A stretch of DNA of 64,000 nucleotides from Desulfobacterales bacterium (lineage in GTDB: Bacteria; Desulfobacterota; Desulfobacteria; Desulfobacterales; UBA5852). The notes beneath the pieces were generated by a model. That model was not told the DNA's origin, did not search any database, and saw nothing but the letters and a program-made list of their open reading frames with translations. The position numbers were made by a program, and so were the translations under genes. Positions 19,169 to 29,094 of this stretch are shown one piece after another. Position 1 is the first letter of the stretch; the number at the start of each line of letters is the position of its first letter. The stretch spans positions 1,664,001 through 1,728,000 of the forward strand of contig CAXXVS010000002.1 of the NCBI GenBank assembly GCA_963674755.2. The letters are read 5' to 3'.

Positions 19169-20236
19169 TTATTGTGCCGCCTTGACCTTGTCCAGGATCT
19201 TGCCTTCGATCTCCTCCAGTTTGGCCGGCACCGGCGGATACCACTTGATGTTGTCGATATCCGCTTCCGTAAAGCTGCGGGTGAAGTTATCCTTCACCGC
19301 CGGCTCGCAGAGCTGGATGGCGCCCTTGGAGGCCGTGCCGTATTTTTCGGCGTTGGTGAACACGGCCGCATTCTCCGGCCGCAGGACGAAATTGATCCAC
19401 TTGTAGGCGGCGGACACGTTCTTGGCCTTGGCCGGGATGGCGAAGGTGTCGATCCATCCCAGGGCGCCGCTCTTGGGGGCCACGAAATCGATGTCCGGAT
19501 TTTCTGCATGAAGCTTCCAGCCGCCGTTGTCCCAGGCCATGGCCACATAGACTTCCCCCGAACGCATGCTCTGGAGCAGAGCGTCGCCGTTGGCCCAATA
19601 GGTCTTAACGATGGGTTTGCCGGCGATCAGCTTCTGGCCGACCTCTTCCATGAGGGCTTTATAAGCCACGGGATCGCTGTAAAGGGCGAAGGGATCCTTG
19701 CCCATCGAAAAGGCGATGGCGATCAAGGTGGGGCGTTTCAGGCGGTAGCTGACCCGGCCCGTGTACTTGGGATCGAGCAGCGCGGTGTAGTCCTTGGCAT
19801 CCGGCGCGTACTTCTTGTTCACGATCAGGCCGGAGGTGCCGTAGACATGGGGTATGCCATAGCTCTTGCCGTCCACCAGGGTGTTCTTCTTCACGGCTTC
19901 CAGCATGGAGGCCACGATCTGCCCGGTCTTGAGCTGGCTGTAGTCGATGGGCTGGTAGATCTTGAACTCGGCCTGCACCGAGGAAATGCGGTCCTGGCTG
20001 GGCTGGGCCAGGTCGAACCCGGCCCCGCGGGTGGCCCGCAGCTTGGCGATCATCTCTTCGTTGTTGGAGTAGGTCGGTTTCACTTCGATGCCGGTTTCGG
20101 CCTGGAATTTATCGATCAGCGCCTTGGGCGCATAGCCTTTCCAGGTCAGCAGTTCCAGGGTTTCGGCCCCGACCGGCGCCACGATCAGTGCCAGGAAGGC
20201 GCCCAATACCATCAGACAAACGAGTGTACGCTTCAT
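19169..20236 (-). CDS. potD: Polyamine ABC transporter substrate-binding protein (PotD/PotF family)
   Basis: Signal peptide, LTWKGY, YSNNEEMIAKL, WIDTFAIP, WINFVLRPE; GGAGG RBS. Confidence 0.9.
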   Translation of the reverse strand: MKRTLVCLMVLGAFLALIVAPVGAETLELLTWKGYAPKALIDKFQAETGIEVKPTYSNNEEMIAKLRATRGAGFDLAQPSQDRISSVQAEFKIYQPIDYSQLKTGQIVASMLEAVKKNTLVDGKSYGIPHVYGTSGLIVNKKYAPDAKDYTALLDPKYTGRVSYRLKRPTLIAIAFSMGKDPFALYSDPVAYKALMEEVGQKLIAGKPIVKTYWANGDALLQSMRSGEVYVAMAWDNGGWKLHAENPDIDFVAPKSGALGWIDTFAIPAKAKNVSAAYKWINFVLRPENAAVFTNAEKYGTASKGAIQLCEPAVKDNFTRSFTEADIDNIKWYPPVPAKLEEIEGKILDKVKAAQ

Positions 20237-20349
20237 TTCCTCTCCTCCTTGCATAGGGGTTGGTTATATAACATGCGAAAACCGTCCGGCCGTGCGGCCA
20301 AGCATGAAAGCGACCGTTTAGCCGGTTTATGTTAAGCCTTTGTGAGCCC

Positions 20350-21219
20350 TCAGCGTTTTCCAAAGAGCGGCAGCACCAGATGATCGACCCAGTTGCGCAG
20401 CTCCTGCTCGCGGATGGCCGGATCCAGGATATCGTCCCCGATCTGCAACGCTTGCCGCAGCACGGCGGATTGGGGATCGGCGTGCAGCGCCTCCAACCGG
20501 GCCGCAAAAGCCGCCACCTCTTCCTCCTGTGCAAAAAACCCCTCTTTGGTCAGGGGGGTCGCCCGGGCGGCGATCAGACGGGCCATCTCCCGCAGGTTGA
20601 ATTCCGGGTGGTACTGGGTGGCCCAGAAGGTGCCCTGCCCGTATTTTACTTCCAGGGCCTGCACCCGGGTGTGGTCGCCCACGGCCAGCAGGGTCGCACC
20701 GGGGGGCAGCTGCGTCACTTCATCCAGGTGCATGATGAAGCCGTCGAAGCGTTCCGGCTTGCCCGCCATCAGGGGGGATTGCCGCCCTTCCGCCGTCAGC
20801 CGGATGTCCCGGGCGATGCACCATTCCCGGCCCTTGGGGTTCTTGGCCACCGCGCCCCCGGCCGCCACGGCCGCCATCTGAATCCCCCAGCAGCTGCCGC
20901 AGGCGGGCACCCCGGCCTCGAAAATGCGCCGGGCCAGCGCGATCTGGCGTGTTACCCGGGGATCGTCGTCGTGGTAGATGGTGAGGTCCGATCCGGTCCA
21001 GATGAACCCGGCGTAGTCCGCCAGGGCCGCGCCTTCCGGCAGCGCCTGGTCCGGATCGGCCACGAACCAGGTCTCCACCGCGGCTTGCGGCAGATGGCGT
21101 TTTAAAACGTCTTGGAAGAAATCGTGGGGATGGCCCACGCCGGTGCGGTCGAAGTTTTCCCGGCTTTGGCGGGGGTAGCCGTTTAATACGGCAATGGCCA
21201 AACGCGGTTCGGCGTTCAT
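20350..21219 (-). CDS. Type 1 glutamine amidotransferase-like protein (possible gamma-glutamyl hydrolase)
   Basis: GSCWGIQ nucleophile Cys, QYHPE His-Glu. Confidence 0.88.
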   Translation of the reverse strand: MNAEPRLAIAVLNGYPRQSRENFDRTGVGHPHDFFQDVLKRHLPQAAVETWFVADPDQALPEGAALADYAGFIWTGSDLTIYHDDDPRVTRQIALARRIFEAGVPACGSCWGIQMAAVAAGGAVAKNPKGREWCIARDIRLTAEGRQSPLMAGKPERFDGFIMHLDEVTQLPPGATLLAVGDHTRVQALEVKYGQGTFWATQYHPEFNLREMARLIAARATPLTKEGFFAQEEEVAAFAARLEALHADPQSAVLRQALQIGDDILDPAIREQELRNWVDHLVLPLFGKR

Positions 21220-21246
21220 AGAACTCCCTTCAGGTCGTCCAGGCTC

Positions 21247-22050
21247 TCAGCGCAGCAGGGCCAGACGCTGGGGAAAATCGGTAATCAGGCCATCCACCCC
21301 AAGGGCCATGAAGCGGCGCATGTCCATGGCGTCGTTCACCGTAAACAGGTTGATGGTCAGACCCTGCTGTTTGCGGGCCACGATGTCCTGATCCCGGATC
21401 AGGGTGTGCCGCGCATTGTAGGTGTGAAAGGTCAAGGGTCCCCAATCCAGGGGCCGGTCGCTGTAATAGCCGATGAGGGCTTGGGTTTCCAGCGCCGGCC
21501 GGCGGCTTTGGACCTCTTCCAGCCAGGTATGGTTGAAGGAGGAGATCAGGATCTGGTCCGGGCCGAGGCCCACGCGGTCGACCATCTCCAACATCCGCGG
21601 CACCACCGGAAAGCGATCCATGGGTGCCGGCAGGGCCTTGAGCTCCAGGTTCAACTTCCAGCCCGCCTCCCGGGTGAAAACAAACGCTTCCTCCAGGGTG
21701 GGCACCTGAACCCCACGGCAGGCCTTCTGATCCGTCTCGGAAACCGCCCCGGCCGCAATCTGGCCGTGGGGATCGGATTCCAGGAACCACGATCCGGCGT
21801 CCAGGGTGCGGATCTCCGCCAGGCTGAACGTGGTAAAGGGGTCGTAGGCCCGCTCCGGGTAGCGCTGCGCCACATCCGTCGTGCGCCCGAGCAGGTCGTC
21901 GTGCAACAGGACCAACTGTTCGTCCCGGGTCACGGCCAGGTCGGTCTCCCACAGGTCAGCCCCGGCTTCCAAACCCCGCCGGGCTGCCAGAAGGGTGTTC
22001 TCCGGTGCCAGGCTGCGTGCCCCGCGGTGTGCGATGTTCAATACCATCAT
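21247..22050 (-). CDS. Glycerophosphodiester phosphodiesterase family protein
   Basis: IAHRGA..APENT, ETD, LLHD, NLELK, GVDGLITDFP. Confidence 0.92.
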   Translation of the reverse strand: MMVLNIAHRGARSLAPENTLLAARRGLEAGADLWETDLAVTRDEQLVLLHDDLLGRTTDVAQRYPERAYDPFTTFSLAEIRTLDAGSWFLESDPHGQIAAGAVSETDQKACRGVQVPTLEEAFVFTREAGWKLNLELKALPAPMDRFPVVPRMLEMVDRVGLGPDQILISSFNHTWLEEVQSRRPALETQALIGYYSDRPLDWGPLTFHTYNARHTLIRDQDIVARKQQGLTINLFTVNDAMDMRRFMALGVDGLITDFPQRLALLR

Positions 22051-22334
22051 GGAATCCACATGAAAGTTGTCTGTCCGCAAAAGGTGGGACGCGATTAACA
22101 CCACTTCAATAGCGGACTTGCCCCCGGTTTGGCAAGACATAGAATCGGCGTTCGCCACGATTCAGCCGACCTGCTGAAATTCCTTTGAAATCTCACCGAT
22201 GAAATGGGAAAAAGCACCCCGGGCGAGGCCGCGCATGGGTCTCAGAAGTCACCTTGCCCGTCGATTGTCCAAAACCGGCAACTATGATATGGGCAGGCCA
22301 TCTGAAACGCATTCCATCCTCACAGGAGAACCCC

Positions 22335-23714
22335 ATGGCGGAACTCAAAGGCATGTTGACGCTGGCGCAGCTCGGTAATCTGGCCCGGGAAAATGTCATC
22401 CATACGGTTCAGGTGGTCTTCACGGATCTCTACGGCCGTTTTCTGGGTAAACGCATCGACGTGGATTTCTTCCTGGACCAGGTGGCCGAACACGGCACCC
22501 ACGCCTGCAACTACCTGCTCACCGTGGACATGGAAATGGAGCCCGTCCCGGGCTATGATTTTGCCAACTGGGAAAAGGGCTACGGTGATTTTCACCTGGT
22601 GCCCGATCTGGCCACCCTGCGGGTCACGAGCTGGCTGGAGGGTACGGCCCTGGTCATCTGCGACGTCCACCATGTCGACCGCCACGCGCCGGTCATGCAG
22701 GCCCCGCGCTCCCTGCTGCAGGCCCGAATCCAGGACGCCACGCAGATGGGGTTTGCCCCCATGGTGGGTTCGGAACTGGAGTACTACATTTTTGAAGACA
22801 ACTACCGCGATGCGTCCGAGAAGGGCTATGCCGGGCTGCAGCCGGCCGGCTGGTACCTGGAAGATTATCACATGCTCCAGGGCAGCCGGGAAGAATCCTT
22901 CAATGCGGCCGTGCGCCGCCATCTGAAGGCCTCCGGCATCCCGGTGGAGTGTTCCAAGGGGGAATGGGGCCTCGGCCAGCACGAAATCAACGTCCAATAC
23001 AGTGACGCCCTGCAGATGGCCGACCGCCACGGCGTCTTCAAACAGTGCCTGCGGGAAGTGGCCGACCAGCAGGGGCGCAGCATCACCTTCATGGCCAAGT
23101 TCGCCACGGACCAGGCCGGCTCCAGCTGCCACTTGCATGTCAGCCTGCAAAAAGACGGCCGTAATGCCTTTGCCGGGCAGGAGACCTTCGGCCCGGTGCA
23201 ATGCTCGCCCGAGTTCAAATGGTTTTTAGGGGGCTGGCTGGCCCACGTACCCGAGTGCATGGTCTTCTATGCCCCCACCATCAACGCCTACAAACGCTAC
23301 CAGACCGGGTCCTGGGCCCCGACCCGCATCGCCTGGAGTCACGACAACCGCACGGCCGGCTTCCGGGTGGTGGGCAGCGGCGAGAGCCTGCGCATCGAGT
23401 GCCGCATCCCGGGGGCGGACTGCAACCCCTACCTGGCCTTTGCGGCCGCCATCGCCTCGGGCCTGGACGGCATCCGCAACCACATCGAACCCCCGGCCAT
23501 TTTCGAAGGCGACATGTACGCCGCCCAGGATCTGCCCGGTGTCCCCGCCACCCTGCGGGATGCCATCGCCTCCTTCGAGGGCAGCGAGTGGCAGAAATCC
23601 CTGTTGGGGGAAGCGGTGGTCCGCCATTACACCCACTTCTTCCAGGTCGAGCAGACCGCCTACGACCAGGCCGTTACCGACTGGGAGCGCAGGCGCTATT
23701 TCGAAAGAATATAG
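22335..23714 (+). CDS. Glutamine synthetase family protein (gamma-glutamyl-amine ligase/PuuA-like)
   Basis: ELEYY, EWGLGQHE, TFMAK, GSSCHLH, DNRT..FR, RIECRIPGADCNPY; AGGAG RBS. Confidence 0.9.
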   Translation: MAELKGMLTLAQLGNLARENVIHTVQVVFTDLYGRFLGKRIDVDFFLDQVAEHGTHACNYLLTVDMEMEPVPGYDFANWEKGYGDFHLVPDLATLRVTSWLEGTALVICDVHHVDRHAPVMQAPRSLLQARIQDATQMGFAPMVGSELEYYIFEDNYRDASEKGYAGLQPAGWYLEDYHMLQGSREESFNAAVRRHLKASGIPVECSKGEWGLGQHEINVQYSDALQMADRHGVFKQCLREVADQQGRSITFMAKFATDQAGSSCHLHVSLQKDGRNAFAGQETFGPVQCSPEFKWFLGGWLAHVPECMVFYAPTINAYKRYQTGSWAPTRIAWSHDNRTAGFRVVGSGESLRIECRIPGADCNPYLAFAAAIASGLDGIRNHIEPPAIFEGDMYAAQDLPGVPATLRDAIASFEGSEWQKSLLGEAVVRHYTHFFQVEQTAYDQAVTDWERRRYFERI

Positions 23715-23936
23715 AGAAGCAATCCCAAAAAAGTCTTTTCGCCCGATCCGCCAGAGGCGGACAAGTCTCGGCGTTGAAGCCTCGTCTTAAGTCCTCGACA
23801 TTCATGCATCCGCATGCCGTATGCCTGCGGGCACCCCCCATTGCTGATTTCATCAGATGGGAAGTCCCGCTTTACGGGAATGAGACTCGGCTTCGCCTTG
23901 ATCTCGAACGAAAATCCAATTTTTAGCATCGCTTCT
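23715..23936 (+). repeat. Family A hairpin element, copy 2 (expanded, with nested small REP-like hairpins)
   Basis: Begins right after the TAG stop; AGAAGC...GCTTCT arms, GGCGTTG and CGCCTTGATC motifs; nested TCCGCCAGAGGCGGA and TCCCGCTTTACGGGA. Confidence 0.8.
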
Positions 23937-24036
23937 GGCTAAGTCTCTGTTTCGTTTGGGGGAAACCCCATGGTGTGCGACGTGCCCGGCGGCAAACGAG
24001 AAATGATTACAGGCAATAGCGGTAGTCTGCTTAATT

Positions 24037-24234
24037 CCCTTTGTCACGAGGCCTGCGCAGCGGGGTTGCGGACGAGAAAGGCGCGGCGACTGTCTGAGCC
24101 CTGCCGTAGCCTTGGCGAAGGCGGGGCGAGTTTCGGCGCGTCCGGCCGCAAACCCGATGTGCAGGCGGTCCCGAAGGGCTCGTGACAGGGCGCCTTCTTT
24201 TGGTTACTTTTCTTCCGCGGGGAAGAAAAGTAAC
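24037..24234 (+). repeat. Structured repeat family B, copy 3
   Basis: TGTCACGA/TCGTGACA outer stem, shared core, terminal GTTACTTTTCTTCC/GGAAGAAAAGTAAC. Confidence 0.9.
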
Positions 24235-24352
24235 GATAAAAACAATGCCCACCAAGCACTCTGTTCTTGTGAACCTGTCAAAGGCCGATTTTCTAATCAA
24301 TGGTTCACAAACGACGGCGCCTTCTTACCAAACAGTCCCTGCGGGCAATTCC

Positions 24353-25726
24353 TCACGCCGCCCCATCCCGGAAATTGATACTCTTGGGCCGCGTCAGGGC
24401 ATAATACCCGTAGCGTGACAGGCTCGATCCCCGTCCGCTGTCCTTGACCCCGGTCCAGGGCAGCCCCGGGTCGAGATAGTCGCAGCGGTTCTGGTAGACG
24501 GTCCCCGCCTCCAGACGGGCGGCAAACCACTCGGCCCGCTCCCGGCTGCGGGTCCACACCGAGGCTGTCAGCCCGTAGCGCGAGGCGTTCATCTGCGCCA
24601 GGGCCTCATCATCGTCCGCCACCGCCCGCACCGGCAGGAGCGGGCCGAAACTCTCCTCCTGCATGACGGTTGCGTCGTTGTCCACGTCCGCCAGGAGCGT
24701 CGGGAGGTAGAAATTGCCCGGGGTTCCTTCCAGGCGTTTGCCGCCGGCCAGCAGCCGGGCCCCGCGCCCCACGGCATCCTGCACCTGGCCTTCCAGCACT
24801 TCCAGGGCCGAACGGTCGGCCAGCGGGCCCAGGGTCGTTGCGGGATCCATGGGATCGCCGGGCTTGTAGTGCGCCAGGGCCTCCAGGGCCTGCTCGATAA
24901 AGGCCTCGTAGATCTTGCGGTGCACATAGACCCGCTCGATGGCGCAGCAGGACTGCCCGCCATTGTAAAGGGCGCCCTCCACCACCGCGGGCACGCTGTA
25001 GGCCAGATCGGCATCTTCGGCCACATAGGCCGGATCCTTGCCCCCCAGCTCCAGCCCCACATCGATGAAGCGGCCGGCCGCGGCTTGGTGGACGCGCCGG
25101 CCGCCGTTCACGGAGCCCGTGAACACCACGTGATCGAGGCGGGGATCCTGGATCAGGTCGAGGGTCTGATCGTGGGTTAGCACCAGGTTGGTCAAAAGCC
25201 CCGGCAGATGATCGAAGGCGTTCTGAAAATGCTCGCCGCACAGGGGCGTCTTGGCGCTGTGTTTGAGCAGGACGGCGTTGCCCGCGGCCAGGGCCGGCAC
25301 CACCACGTTGACCGCAATGAGCAGGGGGTAATTCCAGGCCGCGATGTCCAGGACCAGTCCCAGGGGTGCCCGTTCGATCCGGCGCAGGAGCCCGTCACGC
25401 GGCGGCAGCACCTCCGGGGCAAGGGTCTCTTCGGCAATGGCCAGCATGAATTCGGCCCGCTCGAAGAAGCCGCCAATCTCATTGCGGGCCTCGCGCAGCG
25501 GCTTGCCCATCTGCCTGGTGATGTCGGCGGCGATGGCCTCCCGATGGTCCCGAAAATAGTCCAGGCCGCGGCGCACCGCGGCGATGCGTTCCCCCAGGGG
25601 CGCCCGCCGCCATTGGTCAAAGGCGGTCCTGGCCGCGACGATTTTATCCTCCAAGGCGGTCTCCGTCTCGAAGCGCAATTCGCGATACATACTCTGGTCG
25701 TAGGGATTGATGACACGCAGGGGCAT
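24353..25726 (-). CDS. Aldehyde dehydrogenase family protein
   Basis: AWNYP, FTGS, LELGGKDP, GQSCCA, EESFGP. Confidence 0.95.
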   Translation of the reverse strand: MPLRVINPYDQSMYRELRFETETALEDKIVAARTAFDQWRRAPLGERIAAVRRGLDYFRDHREAIAADITRQMGKPLREARNEIGGFFERAEFMLAIAEETLAPEVLPPRDGLLRRIERAPLGLVLDIAAWNYPLLIAVNVVVPALAAGNAVLLKHSAKTPLCGEHFQNAFDHLPGLLTNLVLTHDQTLDLIQDPRLDHVVFTGSVNGGRRVHQAAAGRFIDVGLELGGKDPAYVAEDADLAYSVPAVVEGALYNGGQSCCAIERVYVHRKIYEAFIEQALEALAHYKPGDPMDPATTLGPLADRSALEVLEGQVQDAVGRGARLLAGGKRLEGTPGNFYLPTLLADVDNDATVMQEESFGPLLPVRAVADDDEALAQMNASRYGLTASVWTRSRERAEWFAARLEAGTVYQNRCDYLDPGLPWTGVKDSGRGSSLSRYGYYALTRPKSINFRDGAA

Positions 25727-25932
25727 GGGGTTCTCTCCTTGGTGGTCCTTGATGTTCCCGAGGGCTTGGGTTCGGCACCGCTGCCCGCCGTTGCGGCAAC
25801 AAACGATCTTGATTATTCCCGTCCGGATGATAATGAAGGGCAGCTGGTGGGGCTGCGGCAGTTCGAAGAAGTTCTTTTGCCATTGAAGTTAAGCGATGTC
25901 AAACCATCGTCAAGCAAAGACCGGAGAAGCAC

Positions 25933-26391
25933 ATGAGCGATCGTTGGCGGGTGTTTGTCTATGGCACCCTGAAAAAGGGGTTTCCCAACCATGCGCGCTA
26001 TCTGGCGGATGCCGACCTGTTGGGAACCTTCCGCACCCGGGAGCGCTTCCGGCTCGTGCTGAACGGCGAGCGCTTCTCCCCCTGTCTGCTGGCCGGGGCC
26101 GGCCAGGGACGACGGGTCATAGGAGAAGTCTACGCCGTAGACCGGTCGGGGCTGCAGCAGCTCGACCGCCTGGAGCGCATCCATCTTCCGGACGGCTACC
26201 GGCGCCAGCGCATCGTCGTGGATGCGGTCGACAGCTCCCCGCCGGAATCCTGCGACGTGTTTGCCTATCTGAAACATCCCGAAGGGGTGACCGATCCGCG
26301 CTCCGAGCCCCTCGAAGTCTACACCCCGGAGGCGGCCCGCGCCTACCGCAGACGAAATGAAGGAAGTGGGGATGAAAAAAGAACCACCTGA
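25933..26391 (+). CDS. Gamma-glutamylcyclotransferase (GGCT/AIG2-like) family protein
   Basis: VFVYGTLKKG, GEVYAV, LDRLE..YRR. Confidence 0.9.
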   Translation: MSDRWRVFVYGTLKKGFPNHARYLADADLLGTFRTRERFRLVLNGERFSPCLLAGAGQGRRVIGEVYAVDRSGLQQLDRLERIHLPDGYRRQRIVVDAVDSSPPESCDVFAYLKHPEGVTDPRSEPLEVYTPEAARAYRRRNEGSGDEKRTT

Positions 26392-27526
26392 CAGGACCGA
26401 TCCGGCCGCCGTCGAGCTGGAGACCCTGCGGCAAGCCATCGACGCCATCGACCACGACATAGTGGCCCTCCTCAAGGCGCGCCAGGAACAGGTGGACCGT
26501 GTGCTGGCCCTCAAGCGGGCCCACGGCCTGCCGGTCTACCATCCGTCCCGGGAGGAAAACCTGATCTCGGAAAAACGACGTACGGCGCGCGCCGTCGGTT
26601 TGGACCCGGATTTCCTGGAAGACCTTTTCCGACGGATCCTGCGGCAATCACGCGTCGAACAAACCGCCCAGTTGGCCCGCCGGGGCACCAAACCGGGCGC
26701 CCGCATCCTCCTGGTAGGGGGCGCCGGCGCCATGGGGCGTTATCTGCAGCGCTGGTTCAGGGAGGCCGGCTACACGGTTCGCCTTCTGGAACGCGAGGAC
26801 TGGGATCGCGCCGCCGTCCTGTGCGACGGCATTGCCCTGGCCCTGCTGAGCGTGCCGATCGGCCAGACGGCCGCAGTGGCCCGTCGCCTGGCCCCCCATC
26901 TGCCGCCGGATTGCCTCCTGGGCGATGTCACCAGCCTGAAGGCGGCGCCCCTGGAGGCCATGCTGGCTGCCCATCCCGGGCCGGTGGTGGGCCTGCACCC
27001 CCTGTTCGGCCCGGCCACGACTTCCCTGGACAAGCAGGTGGTCATCACCACCCCCGGACGCCGCCCGGCAGATTGCCAGTGGTTGCTGGACCAGTTTGCG
27101 GATTGGGGCGCCATCGTGATCCAGGCCGATCCGCTGGAGCACGACGAGGCCATGGACGTTATCCAGGCCCTGCGGCATTTTGCGGCCTTCACTTTCGGCA
27201 AATTTTTGTTCGAACGCCGGGTGGCCCTGGATCGGACCCTGGACTTTTCCAGCCCCATCTACCGCCTCGAACTGGGCATGGTGGGACGGCTGTTCGCCCA
27301 GGATCCGGCCCTGTATTCGGAAATCATCCTGGCCACCCCCGGCCGCCGACAGCTCCTGCGGGACTATCTGGCCTCCCTGGGGGACAGCCTGGCCTTATTC
27401 GAAACCGGGGACAAGGCGGCTTTTGAAGCGCTTTTCCGCGAGATCGCCGCCTGGTTCGACCCCTTCAGCGGGCAGGCGTTGCGGGAGACGACCTATCTAA
27501 TAGACAAGCTCATCGAGCGCTTCTGA
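26372..27526 (+). CDS. tyrA: Bifunctional chorismate mutase/prephenate dehydrogenase
   Basis: N-terminal AroQ (LRQAIDAID..REE), GGAGAMG Rossmann, DVTSLK, GLHPLFGP, EHDEAM, SSPIYRLELGMVGRLFAQDP. Confidence 0.93.
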   Translation: MKKEPPDRTDPAAVELETLRQAIDAIDHDIVALLKARQEQVDRVLALKRAHGLPVYHPSREENLISEKRRTARAVGLDPDFLEDLFRRILRQSRVEQTAQLARRGTKPGARILLVGGAGAMGRYLQRWFREAGYTVRLLEREDWDRAAVLCDGIALALLSVPIGQTAAVARRLAPHLPPDCLLGDVTSLKAAPLEAMLAAHPGPVVGLHPLFGPATTSLDKQVVITTPGRRPADCQWLLDQFADWGAIVIQADPLEHDEAMDVIQALRHFAAFTFGKFLFERRVALDRTLDFSSPIYRLELGMVGRLFAQDPALYSEIILATPGRRQLLRDYLASLGDSLALFETGDKAAFEALFREIAAWFDPFSGQALRETTYLIDKLIERF

Positions 27527-27652
27527 GCCGGTGGCGTAGAATGGCCGATATCGGCGTTGTGCGGCGCCATTCGGCGTTGCGGCGTACCTGGTGTACGCCT
27601 CGCTTCTCAAGGCTTGCACGCCTTGATCTCGACCATTCTACGCCACCGGCTC
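27525..27652 (+). repeat. Family A hairpin element, copy 3
   Basis: 20-bp perfect terminal IR GAGCCGGTGGCGTAGAATGG, overlapping the tyrA TGA; ATATCGGCGTTG and CGCCTTGATC motifs. Confidence 0.9.
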
Positions 27653-27870
27653 GGACGATTGAAACCGTTTCCTATCATGTTCAATTTCCGCCATGAGCGA
27701 TGACATGGTCAGGATCATCCTGCCCTCCAGCCGGTCATTGGCATATCCCGGATACTCAGCGTCTGTCCGTCATGGTTCCGATAGTCGGTCGAGGCGCGAT
27801 TTAAATTACCAATTAAGAAAAACTAGTGGGAAAAGTGACGGTAAAAGTTGTTTCGTTATAAAGATGTTGG

Positions 27871-29094
27871 TCAAAATTCGACGTAAACCTTATTTTGCAT
27901 GTCGGGTTCTATGGTTTCAAAATCGATAAAAAGATGTGTTGAACAGATATCCGTGGCAGCGACATAGGCGGTGGCGGTCCCGTTGGCTTCGATCCATTTT
28001 ATCCGTGGTCGTCCCCGAAGCCTCAGGGCAACTGTCAGTCCGCCTTGAATTGGTTCCCCGCCGTAAAAGGCGAACCCAAGGTCGAGAGAATGATCGTTTT
28101 CCATTTTTCGGTAGGGTGCGATGCTGCCGAAAATATGGCGCTGTTCCCAGATTTCCCGCCTTGAAGCGCGTCGTATCGCCGAAGTTTCTCCCCGAGGGCG
28201 TATGGAGGCTTGAAAATCACCTATTATAATCCGGTTGGGATAACCCGGGTAGTATTCCCACGGAAAGACGGCGTTGCCGGTTTCAAGAAGGGCGGCAATG
28301 GCTGCAACTCCGCTTTCAGCCGCTTCTTGGGGACTGAGGACAAAATGATTGACTTCGATGCCGAAGGTCAGGGAATGGAACGCATCGTAGAAAATCTGGT
28401 TGACATGGTTGTTGAAAGCCCCTTCGGCAAGCGTTGCCGCTTTATTTTTCAGGCTTCGGTAGAATTCGATGGTATGCAGGAGGAAAGGATAGCCTTTTTG
28501 GGCTGCTCCCTGGACCATTTTGTCTGCCAATGTATGCAAAATATACGGATCTTCCCCGGATCGCGCTGTCTCATCAATGATGACAGCCTCCAACCCTCCC
28601 CAGTTGTAACCGTATTTTTCCTTTCCAACGCTGTGAACGTCCAGGACTAAATCCGGGATGATGGATAGGCCGAATTTGACGACGGATTCTTTTTCGAGAG
28701 CAGAGAGCCGATTCTTGGGAAGCCCAAAGGTTTTAGCTGCGCAACCATCCGGATTGGCGACCGGCACCACAATGACCTGCTGATTTATCAGGACGTCCCT
28801 TGCTTCCGGTGCAGCCAGCCATTCGAGGAGGTGCAGGCCGACAGTGCGGGTGCCGAGTTCATCCCCGTGTCGGCCTATGACGATCAGAACGATCTCCTTG
28901 TTTTGATCTGGATGGGCGGCGCTTGTGACAAGGACTGCTCGGATTTCTTTGCCTTCCTCGGTGTGGCCAATGGTTTCAATCCGAGCGATATCGCTGTTTT
29001 TTTGAGCAAACCGCTCCACCCGATCCCGGATTTCCTGCCATGTTGGAATCGAAACGGGTGACCGTCTATGAAGTAAAGAGTTGCCGGACGTCAT
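27871..29094 (-). CDS. M14 zinc carboxypeptidase/deacylase-like protein with C-terminal extension
   Basis: GRHGDE (HxxE), PVANPDG, LDVHS, GIE; start uncertain. Confidence 0.8.
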   Translation of the reverse strand: MTSGNSLLHRRSPVSIPTWQEIRDRVERFAQKNSDIARIETIGHTEEGKEIRAVLVTSAAHPDQNKEIVLIVIGRHGDELGTRTVGLHLLEWLAAPEARDVLINQQVIVVPVANPDGCAAKTFGLPKNRLSALEKESVVKFGLSIIPDLVLDVHSVGKEKYGYNWGGLEAVIIDETARSGEDPYILHTLADKMVQGAAQKGYPFLLHTIEFYRSLKNKAATLAEGAFNNHVNQIFYDAFHSLTFGIEVNHFVLSPQEAAESGVAAIAALLETGNAVFPWEYYPGYPNRIIIGDFQASIRPRGETSAIRRASRREIWEQRHIFGSIAPYRKMENDHSLDLGFAFYGGEPIQGGLTVALRLRGRPRIKWIEANGTATAYVAATDICSTHLFIDFETIEPDMQNKVYVEF

